A stretch of DNA of 45,931 nt. Origin: Octopus sinensis. Lineage: Eukaryota. The DNA is taken from NCBI RefSeq assembly GCF_006345805.1, contig NW_021834685.1, forward strand, positions 1-45,931. The letters run 5' to 3'. Position 1 is the stretch's first letter. Each line of letters starts with the position of its first letter. The notes under the pieces are model-generated. The model ran no database searches, was not told where the DNA came from, and saw nothing but the letters and a program-made list of their open reading frames with translations. Positions 12,324 to 25,974 of this stretch are shown one piece after another. Both the position numbers and the translations under genes were made by a program.

Positions 12324-12945
12324 ATGAAGAAAAAGAAAAACTTATCAAATTTAACAAAAACTAGAAGTTATTGATTTCAAAAAATAATCCTGATGTTACA
12401 CACAAAAATTTAGATCAGCGGTGCAATATGCCTATTGGAGTGATCAATTCAACGCTGAAGAAAATGCAATTGTATGGATCAAGGCGTCATAAACGAAAAA
12501 AGAATATCACATTTAAGAGTTGTACAGATAAAATACATGAACCATTATAGGATTCAGAACACACGTTTCTGTAATCACACCATAACTAATGAAATGGTAC
12601 GCGATATGTCACTCAAAATTACTCACCGATTTTATATTGAAAATTTTAAACATCTCACCCATGGATTTCACGTTTTAAGGAAGAGTAACACTCACGATTT
12701 CTGGAGAAGAACAATTAGTGGATCGTTTTGGTTATAGATTCACCTGAGCGTTTTGCAACCATATTAAAAAAATATGGATCAAAAATTTGTACAACTGCGA
12801 TGAAACTGCCCTTTTTTCAAATGTACTCCAAAAACATTAGTTCTTGACTCCGAATCAAGGGCTTCAGGAAAATTTTTTAAAAAACGAATAAAACTGTTAT
12901 TATGCACAAATATAGAAGGAGATAAAGAGCCTCCGTTTTTTTGGG
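12324..12945 (+). mobile_element. Tigger/pogo transposase pseudogene (CENP-B HTH and start of DDE_1)
   Basis: LEVIDF.., ITNEMVRDMSLKI..IENFK, NCDETALF / KCTPKTL..KRIKLLLCTNIEGDKEP, with frameshifts. Confidence 0.8.
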
Positions 12946-12989
12946 TGGCTTGTAGCGTGCAAGTATGGTTGTGTTTTCTGTGATGCGCA

Positions 12990-13980
12990 AAAATGAGAGT
13001 ATCGAAGCGGAAAAAAGCGGTCCAAAGCGACCGCGAACAGAAGCGTATGTGGTAGAACCTACTCAGGTAGCCTGTCAGAACCGTTGGCGTACCGTGGGGA
13101 AACCTAAACGTGTCGCTTGCCGATCTCTAACACTTTAGGTACTGGAAACTCGTCTTCGGAGCCGGTTGCACAGCCGAAGAAGACCGCCCCGCACCGGGGG
13201 TAGAATTACCTTCGGGGTTGTAGCTCGACTAGAGGTATTTTCCACCTGTGGAGAGCAGTGTTCCCTCTAAGCGAGTGGTAGCTATGCGCGCTGGGCACAT
13301 TGCATTGTGCAGCGTTATAAAGTGACGTGTGCAAAAAATTTTTGCTGCTCGAATTCTTCTTAATTTTATTATTGAATCTGAATGAATTTTATGGGTAATA
13401 TGTCTCTTCAGATAATCCAATTTCCATATATCCCTGGTTTTTCCACTCGCAAAATCACAAGTCGCTTTAGCGTCGCCACATATTTTACAAACAACTCCGC
13501 AGTCTTCGGAAAAACTAAAAATATCACCCAGTTGCACATGTTGGGGAATTTTTGAATCTGGTGTTAAGGTTTCGACGTACTCTATCAACCATTCCGGCTT
13601 AAAAGAAGGAGAATTTTTCTTAAGTCTCATATCAATATTATAGACACGTTTTCGTTTTGAAATGAAAATAAGAATATATAAATTCATATAAAAAATTAAA
13701 AAAAATAGCAATTTTTAATATTATACTTTCTACTGCGCAGAAAAAAATTTCGCTGCGCAGCAAGGTGCAAACTGCTGCGCGGCCGCGCACGCGCGCAGCT
13801 TAGAGGGAACACTGGTGGAGAGGCCTCAGTCATTAAAATCCGAGGCATTTTGGACTCGATACAGCCATATAAGCGGTATGAGGACTTTCCAGCTTCGGCA
13901 CCTCGCTCGTTATCTAGTCCTAAGACCTTCGCGCAGCCGTTAGACACGAATGTCCGGCCTCGATGCCTCCACATTTTTAT
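12990..13980 (-). mobile_element. Decayed LINE RT interrupted by the hAT at 13256-13814
   Basis: With the hAT removed it reads GHSCLTA, LYGCIES(K)NASD (IDFKxAFD-like) and LLFAVALD, across frameshifts. Confidence 0.5.
13256..13814 (-). mobile_element. Non-autonomous hAT (ZNF862/TTF zinc-finger type), 559 bp
   Basis: 17-bp TIR CAGTGTTCCCTCTAAGC at both ends. Perfect 8-bp TSD GTGGAGAG (13248-13255, 13815-13822). Retains EWL..VCKIC..WKLDYLKRH..H. Confidence 0.97.
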
Positions 13981-15810
13981 GGGACTTGCCAGATTTGGCA
14001 AAAAATAAATATACTAGACGTAAATTTTTTTTAAATAATAAACAAAATATTCAAGATTGAACTGACGAAAAAAGATTTATAAAATAAAATAATTTCATAT
14101 ATACTAATCGAATGGGAAAGAAAATAATTCGGAGAGAATATTAAATGAAATAATCGTACAATAAATCTGAGCCACCAAGCAATCGGAAGACTTACAGGGT
14201 GCAAAAATAACTGAACTGAAAATACCAGAAATAAATAAATTGGATTTAAAAAAATCCATATGAATGGAGATTAATTAATTGATAAAATGAATACAAATTC
14301 ACTTGCAAAATAAACCTTTATCCAAGATATTCTACTTTACCAGTAGTCAATTTAATCAATCTCAAACAAATAAAAAACTATTATTAAAATTAAACATTAA
14401 AGCACGAAAAAATAAAATAAGAATTAACAACAGAAATGCACCACACAAGAAGAATATACCGCGCTTAGAGTGTGAATAATTAATCGTATTTAATTCGATA
14501 AATTAAAAAAATAAATAACATTTATTATCCTCAATCTGTTCGAACTCATCTAGGCTAGATCTTTATCCGTCCATAATGCCTATTATGCATTTTTTCTACA
14601 TTTCCAGCATAATAGATTTTTAGGCATTACAAAATCCACATTTACCGGGTATAATATATTTTCATAGTACAATCACTGGACTGAAATGTGTGGAATCCAA
14701 TTGAAGTTTCTTTTTGAAAGACTATGGTCTAATGCTGTCATTTCATCTATAAAAGTAATAGTGATATCTCAAGAATGACATAGAATGTAAAGGTTTATCA
14801 ACTTCTAACCTACTCCGGTACTTTGATGAAGAGTGGGGCTTTTAAGTAATTTATTTAATGTGTTCTCTTAATTATTTTAATCTTTAATTCCTTAGTTATA
14901 AGTCTTTTATGTACCAAACAAAAAATCAACTATCAAGATGTTGTTAATCAATACAGGACAGAGGAAGTTGAAAATATAGAGCGGATCGTGATGTCCCAAC
15001 TGATAAAAGACGGCTAGTGAAAGATCTGACAAAATCAGTGGAATCAATAATTATAGTGCTTTCAGTATACTACTTAGACTCTAGAACTCATACAGTCTAA
15101 AAAAACTATTTGATAAAGTGTTTTGCAACAGTTTAGAATGCTCACTTGAAACACCGCGAGTTATTTTCATTGCCTTATAAAATCCGGCTCACTATCTAAA
15201 ATATATATTACACCTCTTTTTAGAACTGACCTCGAGAGTGAAACACTTCCATAAACCTTCTGGATTTGGAACATTGCAAAAATTTTATTAGAAAATTTAT
15301 AAAATCCTTACAAAAAAAACTTCGTTTTGGAACATTTAAGATTATTTTGATTAAAAATTAAATTTTTGAGTTTATATATTTCAGTACAATTAATTTTTAA
15401 ATCACGTGCGGATTTTTGTTTTTCCTTTTTCCTTAACCTTTTATGAGCTTAAACTACGATAAAAAATTGAAATTGGTAAACTTCCTTCAAAAAGGAGCAT
15501 TCATTTCAAAAACTCGCTATAATGTTTCATACAAGTAATTGCTACAATCAAGAGAAGCAATGTTCCATTCATAAAAAACGGACAAATTTATTCAAATTTA
15601 GAGATTTCAGAGTCAGTAAATAATGAACAGCATAAACTTTTGGATTCAAAAGTGTTGAATGTATTTCAACACTTAAGAAAACAAAATTTGATAGAACTAT
15701 AAATTAATCCCATTTAGATTTTTTTCAAGCTTTATTTCTGAAATACAGGGAAATATTGCCGACAAATTAAATATGGTTAACATAAAATTAAAAAAAAATT
15801 TTTTTTGGTG

Positions 15811-15909
15811 TTAATCCCACTTAGTTTGACGTTAATCCCATTTAGTTTTCTGCTAATCCCACTTAGTTCGACGTTAATCCCACTTAGTTTGGTGTTAATC
15901 CCATTTAGT
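15811..15909 (+). repeat. Tandem 21-bp repeat x5 (TTAATCCCAYTTAGTT core)
   Basis: Units start at 15811, 15832, 15853, 15874 and 15895; an isolated core also occurs near 15703. Probably a transposon subterminal array. Confidence 0.9.
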
Positions 15910-16089
15910 ATGGGAAATGGTATATTTTACGCCGTCGACATCGATTTCGTTTTCGAGACCAGAATTTATTCGAAAAGTTACTAAGGGTGATTCCTCATTC
16001 TTTTAAAATAGTGGTCTTTGATTGTAAACCCAGATAAAACAGAGAAAACAACCATATCCGGCCTCGCACGAGAAACGAGGAGGAGTTGA

Positions 16090-16530
16090 GAACTTGAAGA
16101 AAATTGGATCTAAAATTCATTCGTTATACCAATCCTACTTTACAACGCGGGAACCTGAGGTCTACACGCTAAAGAACTGGAACAGGCCAACTCGTTCCGC
16201 AGACAATCAAGACAGCTCCTATGAGTCCGACGGCAAAAACGATGAGCAACGAAGAACTGTACAGAATTACTCATACATCTTAAATTGCAAATAAAGTGAT
16301 GGCAAAAAATGGCAGCTGTTTGGACATATGTTAAGAACATCGCAAATGACTCCGGCTAACCTGGTCATGAAATAATACTTCTGCTTATCAAACAGTACAA
16401 CATATCGAGGCCGACAAAGAAAAACATGACCCACCACGTTGGACAATGAACTCAAAACAATTGGAAGAAAACTGAAATCAAAGATGATCTGAACGACCTG
16501 AGAGATCTTGCACGAAACAGTGGAGGATGG
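16090..16530 (+). mobile_element. RTE-clade LINE 3' remnant
   Basis: VIPILLYNAGT.., MSNEELYRIT..KWQLFGHMLR..PAN..YRGRQRKT..TTLDNEL. Confidence 0.75.
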
Positions 16531-16643
16531 AAACGACCAACAGAGCGTATCCTAAATCGCATGACAAAAGTGAAATCTCCACTAACATTATAATTTCGGG
16601 TGAATTGAATAATAATAACATAATAATTATTTCCGACAAAGAA

Positions 16644-16975
16644 ATGTCATCCCGCTCTGTTGAGGAAATTTCTGTTCTTTTTCCTGACGGGTCTAAGCAC
16701 AAGACGCAGTCCTGGAAGTCGACTCCTGAAGATTTAGTCCGTTTTTCCAAGTGATGTCCAATATTCCCAGATCAAATGCGAATTTGTGGCTGCTCGAGTG
16801 GACGGAAATGTTTCTTATATAAATAATCAAATCTCATCATCGGGTATGTCCTGTTCCCGAATTCGTTTAAACATGACCTCTAGAGGTTTAAATATATTTA
16901 AACCTCCCGGGACTCTACATACCCTTCCCTCTTCTCTGGCTGTGTGAACCTCCGAGAGGATGCATTTTACCGTCT
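16644..16975 (+). pseudogene. Threonyl-tRNA synthetase N-terminal (TGS) fragment, decayed
   Basis: MSSRSVEEISVLFPDGSKHKTQSWKSTPEDL..FVAARVDGN and later LCEPP..EDAFY resemble the TARS motifs LPDG..SWKTTP..IAKVN and LCYGPPIENGFY. Frameshifted; no catalytic domain follows. Confidence 0.5.
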
Positions 16976-17822
16976 CTGTATAGATTTATTTACTTCAACT
17001 GCCTCAAGTAACAAATCGTGTCTAACAGCCATCTTTCTAATTGAGTCTATAAAGTAGAAACAAATGACAAGAAGGTCACATTTGTAGTTTTACTATTTTA
17101 GAATGAATGTGAAGATTAAATTTTTCTAGTTCATTGAAAACGACACCCAAAAAAACAGTGCATATTTAGAAAGATTCATTTTTAAAAAATAACATAACAC
17201 CCCAATTCTTTACGTCACTTCTGAAACTGAAATAATTATGATAACCGTCTCTACATCCATTGATGACCTACTAAATTGTATTAATAATGGTTTAATTTAT
17301 TAAAATTTGTATCAATTTAACTGTTTGGGTAAACAAAAGTAGTTTGGGAAACACTCTCGTCAACAAAAGAATTTATTTGTTAATGATATGATAAGAGGCA
17401 AATATTTACACCATTTTTAGCATTTTAATATCTTGTTAATGCAAAAAATCAATGTTAAAAATCAAAAATATATTATAATCTGAGAGAAAAGATTAAAAAT
17501 GACCTCCAAAACACATTAATTCCAAATTTAGTATTTTAGCCCCCTTTTACGAATAAAGATTGGGAAAGAATTTATTTTGCGAAATTTCAAATAGCTTAGT
17601 CCAATAATTGTAAGTAATAAGGAATATTCATACATAAAGATTTTCGAAACAAGTTTTGTTTTTTGTTAGAACGGATGTCCAGAATTTGTAAACTCGTTTA
17701 ATTTGAAAATCATTTTTAACTTCTGAGTTATTTATTATAAATAAATTAGATTCAAAACTATATAATCTTAACTAAGCAATCCGAATACAGACATAACAAG
17801 TAATAAACAACTAAACCAAAAG

Positions 17823-19004
<1,182 letters not shown>

Positions 19005-19335
19005 TATTGATGTGACCACAACAACTAATGATTAAAAAGGTTGAATTAATAATTAAAATTTTATATTTAATAATTATAAAATTATTTATTTTTTAATAAA
19101 AAGAATTGAGAAAATTTTTTATTAGGTAATTATTTATAGGCAACGAAACTAAGACGAATTTTGGCTACAAAGTTTGTCATAAACATAAAGATTTCTACTT
19201 AGTTTATTCGCTTATTCAAAAAATTAATTTATTAATTATTTTATATTTATAAAATATATTGATATATTTTTTTTACTTTTATAATTAACTTGTTATTTGA
19301 ATTATTTATCACGTTTATTTCTTGTGGGTTTAAAA
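19005..19335. promoter_or_regulatory. Putative bidirectional promoter between PSMD14 and DDX55
   Basis: 331-bp AT-rich gap between divergent start codons. Confidence 0.55.
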
Positions 19336-21483
19336 ATGATTGAAAATCAATTACAAAAATATAAAATTAATCTCAACGAAAAAGTAAAAGAAGCAATAAA
19401 AGAATTAAAATTCACTAAACTAACACCAATTCAAGTATATATTAACAATTATATAACTATAGTTAAAAACAATTCCAAAATTTCTCCAAAATTACGACGT
19501 GGCTGTAGAAGCTATAACAGGCAGTGGGAAAACCTTGGCCTACATAATCCCCATAGTACAACGCCTATCAAAAATAACCCAAAATTTCAACAAATATGAC
19601 GTAACCCTCAAAAAACTAATTTAAAGATCATTGCCTTGATAATTGTGCCCACACGTGAACTCTCAGTCCAAGTCTATGAGGTACTTCTTCACTTCCTTGC
19701 CTATTTCCCTCACTTATCACACTGTCAGCTTGTGGGAGGACAGTCAGTGGCAGACTCAGTCAAGAATTTTGTCTCAAATGGGTGTTTTATAGGGGTATAT
19801 ATTAGAGGGAATGTCACTGTGTGTACTCCTGGGAGAGCTGAGGCCTTTCTAAAGCAGAGACATGAGGGATTTGACTTGGCATCCTCCTTAGAACGGCTTG
19901 TATTGCTTATTGGTTACTCATTGTAGGAAGTTCTGGTGATAGACGAGGCTGATAGGCTGTTAGCTGATGGTTACCGTAGAAAGTAAGTTTGGTGATATAT
20001 TCTTAGTATTGAAACTATTCTGCGATATTTGCCTAAGCAGAGGAGGACTGGGATCTTTTCTGCAACTTTGAATGCAGAGATTACAAGTCTGATGCAGTTT
20101 GGGATGAGAAATCCTCGGCTAATCTCGTTAAAGTCAGAAGAAGAAATATCTACACCACCAGAATTATTTAATTCTGTTAAAGTTTGCCTCCTTTTTTATT
20201 TTATTAGTTTTTGTCACCCATTGAAAAAATTAATTTTATATTTAATTTTTTAAATAAATATAAAGAAGAAAAAATTATTATTTTTTTCTGCACTTGTGCT
20301 TCAACCTCTTATTATTATAGCGTAATTAAAAGGTATTTTATTTATATTAAAATACATAGAAAATTTCCAGAACTTTCTCTTTTCTGTCTTCACAGAAAAC
20401 AAAAAGGCAAAAGAGATATTATTTATTCTAGATTTAGAGAATCAAAATGGTAATTAATTATTTTAAATAATAATAAATTTGGTGGGAATTAAATTATTTT
20501 AGTGCTGTCTTGTTGTGTACTGATATAGTATCACGTGGTATAGATGTGCCCCAAGTGGAGTGGGTAATTCAATTTGATCCCCCTAAAATGGCGAGGTTGT
20601 ATATTTTAGTACATATTAGTTCATTTGTACATCGTTGTGGACGTACTGCTCGGATGGGACGTACAGGTAGAAGCTTACTACTGCTTAATCAACATGAGGA
20701 TGTTTATGTAGATTTTTTAAAGTTGAATCAAAAGGTTTAGTTTTATTATTAATTAAATATTAATTAATTAAAATACATTTTGGAGGTTTTTATAATTATT
20801 CTGGTGGTACATTTAATGTAGGTATTCTTGGAAGAGTTTTGTGAAGATTTTGAAGACGTGTCTATATCCGCTATATTAAGAAGTTTATCTGAGACTGAAA
20901 GAGAGTTTATGGAATCAGGGGTGTTGGCATTTGTATCATATATCAAAGCCTACTTAAAACATCCCCTTAAAGTCATTTTCAACCTATCAAGTAAGTTGTG
21001 ATATATTTATCCAGAACTCCCCGTTTCCTCCTTAGCTGATTCATTTGGGCTGTTAAGAATTCCCAAAATGGTGGAAATCCGTAAAAATGACACAACCCTA
21101 TTTGTTCCATCCTCTGTTGATGCAGATTCAGTGCCATATCGGTAATCTGGCTGTGTTGATTGTAGTGACTGTGTCCGAGAAGAGAGAAGGAAGAAGATGG
21201 CAGAGGACAATTTTGCCAAGAAGGAGTCGAAGAAAAGACTGAATGCCAAATATGCTAAGAAAGTTATATTTGAGGTTGTGTAGTGGTAGAGGGAGAGGAT
21301 GAAGGCCAAGAAAAAGAGAGTTTGTAATGACTATAAACTTATGGATTTGAACCATGAGGATTTGGAGGAGATTGAGAGTGATGCATATCTTTTAAAAAAG
21401 TTTAAAAATGGGAAGGTTCTTTGTCTCCTATATTGTTTTAGATTGGGAAAAACGCATTTGAGGCACGTTTTATTCAACAATGA
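19336..21483 (+). CDS. DDX55: DEAD-box RNA helicase DDX55/Spb4, multi-exon
   Basis: [67 protein letters not shown]-terminal LLKKFKNGK|[13 protein letters not shown]. Mostly 24-28 nt introns. Confidence 0.95.
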
Positions 21484-22337
21484 TTTTTATATACATTTTT
21501 GTGTTTAAAAATGTTATTTTTATTTAGAGGTTTGTTGGGTGGTTTAGTTTGTGTAGAGTTTTTTTAGTTTTTGTAGACTTTGTTGTCTGTGTAGACTAGA
21601 TTAAACTGTTCTTAGAGATAAGCAGCTTAAATTACTTTTTGAGGTGATAATTACTCTTATTTGAGACTAATTTCTAGATCATGACAAAGAAAGGAGTTTT
21701 TTTATAGTGTTTGTCTTGATTTTCCGATACGATGTGATTTAATCTTACAGGTTTCCATTCCAGCTGGCTCCTATTGCTTTTTTTATCCCTACAAAAAACC
21801 TTGAAGAAGTTCTTCTTCTAACTTATTTTGAAGACGATGGCAATATTTTGTTTGTTTGAACGCATTTGCACCGAAATAAACACGATTCTATACTTAATTA
21901 ATAATTTGTTTTTATCAAAAAATCGGTATCATTGTCACCTAGAAAATTAAAATGAAAGTTGAGGTACGTTTTATTAAGCAATAATTTTGATATAATTTAT
22001 TTATTTGTTCTTACAAAAGACATTACTGGCTATTTTTATTGAGAACGCTTCTTAGACCGTTTTATAATTATTATAGCCTTTTTTGTTATTTAAAAAATGA
22101 GAATGAACTTATTAAAAGCTACAAATATCATTAGTCTAAGATTTAAAAACAAATTGATATTATCAAATAAACTAAGTTCAAAATTTTATCTAAAATACAA
22201 TCATTTAAATCAAAACACCAATTAAACAATTTTAACAATAAAAAAAGTAACTAATTACCGTTTTATTATTCTAATTTTGTTTCGTGTTTATTTCTAGTTG
22301 ATTTATAGATTTTTTCCCAAAATTCTTTAAAAAATAT

Positions 22338-22691
22338 GTGAATTTTATTGCTGCTAAGATTGACAACCCAACCAATATTTATTTAATTGACTGCATTTGT
22401 ATTGAGACGTGTGATGCAAGTTCAATTTGTCAAACAATTGATGATTGCTTACGAAATTACCAAGTTGAGAGAAAAAACTTCGTTTTGTTGTTAACTGATG
22501 CTGTACCGTATATGATGTCAGCCGCAACTAGCATACGTATATTTTATCCGAATATGATTCACCTTACTTGTTTCGCTCATTTACTTCATAATTGTGCATT
22601 AAAAGTGCGTTCTCACTATCAAGACATCGATTTCTTAATATCATCGATGAAAATTGTGACTCTTAAAAATAAAAGTCGTCAAAAGCTTTTC
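22338..22691 (+). mobile_element. hAT-like (DUF659-type) transposase fragment
   Basis: LLLTDAVPYM..IHLTCFAHLLHNCA (D..CxxH motif). Confidence 0.75.
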
Positions 22692-22718
22692 GGAATTTGG
22701 TCTACCTCCACATGTTAC

Positions 22719-22907
22719 CTCCATGGAAAGGGGAATTTGGTTATAATAAATGAAAAAATAAATTCTGCTGTATATATCAACATTTTAATAAATAATTTGT
22801 GGAAATCGGCAGATAAAATGGGGCTAAATCGTTTTATTTGCCAACAAGATTTGGACCCCTGTCATAATTCACGGAGAACAAAACAATTTTTCACACAGAA
22901 AAACGAA
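22719..22907 (+). mobile_element. Tc1 DDE transposase fragment
   Basis: GKGNLVIINEKINSAVYINIL..FICQQDLDPCHNSRRTKQFF (QQDNDPKH-like). Confidence 0.8.
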
Positions 22908-22916
22908 CAAAATCCA

Positions 22917-24065
22917 AAAATGGGAGTCAAGCTTGACATCTGCAATGCCTTTAATTCACTGCGGAGGGATCAAATTTTCGAGACTGTAAGCAAACGAGCC
23001 CCGGAACTCATTCCACTCGTCTACCTGGATAGGACTTTGAGAAGTTCAGCTGAATCGCTCTTGAACATCCACTTTGACGAACCTGGTTGGAATTAATGCA
23101 AGCTTCCTACACGCATCGGAGGAACGGGTCTCAGGTCGGCGCTGGATTTCGCATTCCCGGCATATCTGTCATCGCTTTCAAGCTGCAGTCATCTCGTCCA
23201 GGAAATCCTACGTAACACTACTGGACTCTCCTTGGACACAGTATTTGACAAGGTTGCTTGCAATGGAAGGAAGCCGGACTTTCAATCCCAGATGATGTCT
23301 CGAGACAGAAATGTTGGGACGCAATATCATGCAGGCTGTCGTTGATGACCTGAAGCGGGAGTTGAACCAACACCGGCTCGTCTGTTTGCTATCCGGGGCA
23401 CAGCACGGGAGTGGCGCATGGTCCACGCATTTCCATGCAGTTCATTCGGTACGCTTATGGACGACGATTGTGTGAGAATCGGTGTTGCACAACGCTTGGG
23501 TCTTGACGTCTGTCAGGAACACAGATGCCGGTGTGGAGGAATAGTCGATTCCAAAGGACTACAACCTTTGTCTTGCAAGAGGAGTGCAGGTCGCGCTCCC
23601 CGCCATGCCGCACTCAACGACATAATACGACGGGCCCTCGAGAGCGCAGGATTTCCAGCACCTGGAACCCATCGGGCCTGACCGGGGAGATGGCAGAAGG
23701 CCCGATGGGATAACTCTTTTCCCCTACTCCCAGGGAAAATCACTCGCATGGGATGCGACGTGCGTAGACACGTTCTCCCAGTCCATGATTCTTCGGAATA
23801 TTCATTCGCCCGGTTGGGCTGCTAATGCAGCAAAAAGGCGAAGATATCTAAGTATTTGGAGATCGGAAAACTTTTCCGTTTTGTCCCAATCTCGATAGAG
23901 ACGTCTGGTGTAGTGGGATCCAAAACCGCGGAATTTCTCACGGAAATTGGGACGATGCTGGCCAAACGAAGGAGGGACAGTCGCGAGGGGTATTGGCTTC
24001 ACCAACGTATCGGAATTGCAGTTCTTCGTGGCAACACGCACGCGATACTGGCTGCCGGAGCGTGA
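22917..24065 (+). mobile_element. CRE-clade non-LTR retrotransposon (internally deleted RT, CCHC and RLE)
   Basis: [84 protein letters not shown]. Confidence 0.9.
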
Positions 24066-24225
24066 CGATTTATAATATAAACTAATCTTGCTTCGTTTTG
24101 GATAATAAAATTAAATTATTACATGGAGTGTGATTCGCCTTTTGTGGTGGCGCAAAAATCCAGTTATTGGATTAATGAAAAAAGAATCATTCGCTCATCC
24201 CCTCGCGACTATCGTCAGTCCGGGA

Positions 24226-24303
24226 CGGCCTTCTCTGTCGACCTCACTTTCCCGTTTTGCCCTTCTCACTATCTGTGGGGATGTGGAATCTAATCCCGGC
24301 CCA
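24226..24303 (+). other. 2A-like (StopGo) peptide coding sequence
   Basis: PSLSTSLSRFALLTICGDVESNPGP matches D(V/I)ExNPGP with a leucine-rich upstream tract. Confidence 0.85.
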
Positions 24304-24689
24304 AAGAGACGTATATCAATTCTCCAGCTCCACCCTTATCTCACTGCAATGGAGAATGGAATAATTATGAAGAAGATTGCTTTGGTACCGTCGCGTGCCA
24401 ACACACTAAATAGTTATTTTATACATCAATATTAACAATTAGTTAAATATTTTAGAGAAATATTGTACTTTTTAATTTATAAAAAAAAGAATTATTTTGT
24501 AATGGTTAACCAAAAATCAAATAGATTTCTCGATAATCAATAAAAATTGTTGATGTCACCGGGATGTTGGTTTTTTCGAGATCCTGCTTTTTTCAACAGG
24601 TACCAAAATTATTAAAAATGTGTTTAAAGTGAGACTTGGAAAAAATTAACATGTATTTTGTATGGTAATATTGCTTAAAAATGAAATTT

Positions 24690-24730
24690 TGAAAGTGTCC
24701 ATTTATTCGCGTGTCCATTTATCCGACTGT
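24690..24730 (-). mobile_element. Possible isolated Tigger/pogo-like terminal fragment
   Basis: CAGTCGGATAAATGGACACGCGAATAAATGGACAC, an internal repeat pattern typical of pogo TIRs. No partner found. Confidence 0.3.
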
Positions 24731-25624
24731 GACAAAATATATCAAATAATCATATAACTCGGACCACAAGGGTATTTTCAAGTTTTGAGAATTGTTGGAA
24801 TCATCTAATATTATCCTAATTAACTGTTGGTGATTCTTAGGTTAAATAAATAAAACAATAAAATAAAACTAACTAGGATTGACGAGTGATGCCGTCATCA
24901 GTGATACCACTGCGGAACCGAATGTCTACTTCAGCCACACTCGAAAAGAAAAAATAGATGTAGCAGAGACACACGTCTTCGTTCGGGTCGTCTTTTTTTG
25001 GATTAGTTAGTTTCCTAATAACATGTTCTCTCTCTGTTTTGATCTTATGTGGCTGTTAAAATTCCGTTCTCATCTTGCGGCAGGGCTTGTTGTTGTTAAC
25101 TATCAAAGAAATAATGGCTTACGAAACGAAGTTTAGTAACTTGATACTAACTTGATAGTAATTTGTTTGCACTATAGAGTAATTGCCAGAAAAAAATTGT
25201 TGAAAATTTGGCTTCTTAGTGTGATAAACATTTTAATCAGCGATTATCTCAGGAGACACGAAACAAAAATATATTGGTCTTATTGTATTGGTCTTATTTT
25301 TGATGTTTGTTCTTTCAGATCGTTTGTTGAAGTTTTGCTTTCAATTTATTTCTTTTATAATTATTAATTATAAAAATCAGAAGTCTTAGAAAATTTTATT
25401 TTACTATTTCATGATGAGATATTCAAATAGAATGCTTTCCGTACTAGTTTATTTTGTTTAAAGTAAAGACTGTCTAACTACAGCAAAGGCACGCTAGCAT
25501 GTGATTACGTACTACCACACCGAGATCAATTACGAGTTTTATTAAAACGATCTTAATATAATTATACAGCTGATAACATTACTCGCGAGGGGCCCTTTGT
25601 TACTAGTCTCGAGCTATGTTAAAG

Positions 25625-25696
25625 TCCCCGATAGTATAATGGTTAGTATGCCGCGTTGTCATCGCGGTGGCCCGGGTTCGATTCCCGGTCGGGGAG
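25625..25696 (+). tRNA. tRNA-Asp(GTC): tRNA-Asp, anticodon GTC
   Basis: 72 nt. Acceptor TCCCCGA/TCGGGGA, anticodon arm CCGCG-TTGTCAT-CGCGG, intact T arm, T-run terminator. Confidence 0.97.
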
Positions 25697-25974
25697 TTTT
25701 TTGCAACCCTTATTTTAAATTCGCAGATTTTTTAAAAGGCAGAGTTTTACATTGCCTAAATTTCATTATATGTGTTATTAATATCTAAATCTGATTTGAA
25801 CTTAAAGATATATTCAAGGATTTTGTACAGCTGAGTCTATTCGCGAGGTGCAAGCTCCGCAAATTGATTGGCAGCATAGGTGTACTCTTCTTTGTCAGCC
25901 TACACTCCTTGTCTGTATCTCGAAAGATAAATTTTTAAGAAAAAAAGTATTAATCAAAATCACAAGCGTAATTA

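Noticed and set aside
13696-14001. 101-aa ORF, also echoed at 28859-29194
   Set aside because: Reads through the hAT TIR and 5' UTR; the shared peptide just reflects the repeated element.
14560-14830. Tc1/IS630 remnant (TFIDE)
   Set aside because: Single short motif with no supporting downstream DDE motifs.
15811-15909. CRISPR-like array
   Set aside because: Units are contiguous 21-mers with only ~5 variable nt, there are no unique spacers or cas genes, and the context is eukaryotic.
25560-25850. Direct repeat TACAGCTGA..CGCGAGG flanking tRNA-Asp
   Set aside because: Short and gapped; not distinguishable from chance without more copies.
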